Of a stretch of 45,798 nucleotides of DNA, positions 45,202-45,798 are shown piece by piece. Source of the DNA: Myxococcota bacterium (GTDB lineage: Bacteria; Myxococcota_A; Polyangia; Polyangiales; Polyangiaceae); assembly GCA_022703255.1 (NCBI GenBank), contig JAKLDZ010000001.1, forward strand, positions 1 through 45,798, given 5' to 3'. Position 1 is the stretch's first letter. The number at the start of each line of letters is the position of its first letter. The notes beneath the pieces were generated by a model, which was not told the DNA's origin, made no database searches, and saw nothing but the letters and a program-made list of their open reading frames with translations. A program made the translations under genes and the position numbers.

Positions 45202-45459
45202 GCCTGCAGCACCTCTGACGCACTGCGAGGCATCGTTCGCGCTCCCTTCGATCCCCCCTGCACGGTCCGCGACACGCTCGATTCGTCGTCAACGCCCCAT
45301 CGCGCGATGGCGCTCCGGGGCGCGGCGCGTCGCCACCCTCGGTTCGCACGCGACGATCGGAGTCATCGCAATCACCGCGCGATTTTCGCTTGGAGCCGGT
45401 GGCCCTGGTCTTGCTCTCGCGATCGCTCAGCCAACCTCTGCTGCCATCGCGAGGTCACC

Positions 45460-45798
45460 ATGAAGCGTCTGTCGCGCTGCGTGCTGCTGTGCGCCGTCGC
45501 CATCGCAGGTTGCTCTGCCACCTTGCCTGCGTCGCGCCAAAGCTCGACCCGGGCCCACGCCGCTGCCACCCACGCCGTCGCATCGCTCCAAAATGGTTCG
45601 TTCGACGAAGCATCTCGCCAGGCTGGCGCCGTCCTCGGGACCGATCCGGACAACCCGCAGGCGCGCCTTGTCCGCCAGGCCGTGGACATCATCAAGCAGG
45701 GTGGGGTAGTGGTGTACCCCACCGATTCCGCGTACGCGCTGGGCTGCCATATCGGTGACAAGTCGGCGCTGGATCGCATCCGCCGTATCCGCAAACTC
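45460..45798 (+). CDS. yciO: YciO/TsaC (L-threonylcarbamoyladenylate synthase) family protein, 3' truncated by the window edge, with an unusual lipoprotein-signal-like N-terminal extension
   Basis: The frame is open from ATG 45460 to the window end (not in the ORF track because there is no stop). TDPDNPQARLVRQAVDIIKQGGVVVYPTDSAYALGCHIGDKSALDRIRRIRKL is collinear with my recollection of the E. coli YciO N-terminus ([36 protein letters not shown]). It is preceded by MKRLSRCVLLCAVAIAGC. Confidence 0.75.
   Translation, partial: MKRLSRCVLLCAVAIAGCSATLPASRQSSTRAHAAATHAVASLQNGSFDEASRQAGAVLGTDPDNPQARLVRQAVDIIKQGGVVVYPTDSAYALGCHIGDKSALDRIRRIRKL

Overview
Very GC-rich bacterial chromosomal window (roughly 70% GC by eye, not computed). 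GC3 is near saturation in real genes, so the six-frame track is full of long shadow ORFs. The gene content looks like Myxococcota, probably Sorangiineae-like (inference): tandem Uma2 endonucleases, lipoproteins with Gly/Ala-rich linkers, a 985-aa Cys-rich repeat lipoprotein, a PEGA-type Ser/Thr kinase, an FHA-GAF adenylate cyclase and mevalonate-pathway genes. I support about 39 protein-coding genes, 2 pseudogenes or remnants, several repeat families and a few candidate regulatory sites. I saw no rRNA, tRNA, CRISPR array, transposase or integrase. Layout: 1-6.8 kb is a repeat-rich mosaic holding the Uma2 paralogs, the Cys-rich lipoprotein, a YfcH-like epimerase and a gene remnant. 6.8-13.5 kb holds a multi-TM protein divergent from a radical SAM/SPASM enzyme, a thrombospondin-type-3 lipoprotein and an FHA-GAF-cyclase, convergent with a GAF protein plus a cytoplasmic S8 protease. 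13.7-28 kb is mostly housekeeping: yitJ-like met gene, EEP nuclease, adenine deaminase with an in-frame stop, methyltransferase, LolE-like permease, kinase, cca, an HD and MoaD-like pair, TrmH and hisC. 28-32.5 kb holds an ACP and fatty acyl-AMP ligase pair, a flavin reductase and a PatA-like aminotransferase. 32.5-37.6 kb is a LysR-controlled operon of HMG-CoA-lyase-like, family III CoA-transferase and LeuCD-like genes. 37.8-41 kb holds a small coupled ORF, an unknown protein and an operon of FAH-family, mvaD and phosphomevalonate kinase genes. 41.3-45.8 kb holds an aminotransferase, two coupled envelope proteins and a YciO-like gene. Best candidates for something new: (1) the orphan rSAM/SPASM block with no short precursor; (2) the cyclase, GAF and cytoplasmic-subtilase arrangement; (3) a portable 140-nt promoter-bearing repeat with leaderless geometry plus NotI-palindrome elements; (4) the HD and ubiquitin-like (MoaD-type) pair in a tRNA-themed neighbourhood. 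All functional calls come from motif recognition by eye. No database search was run.
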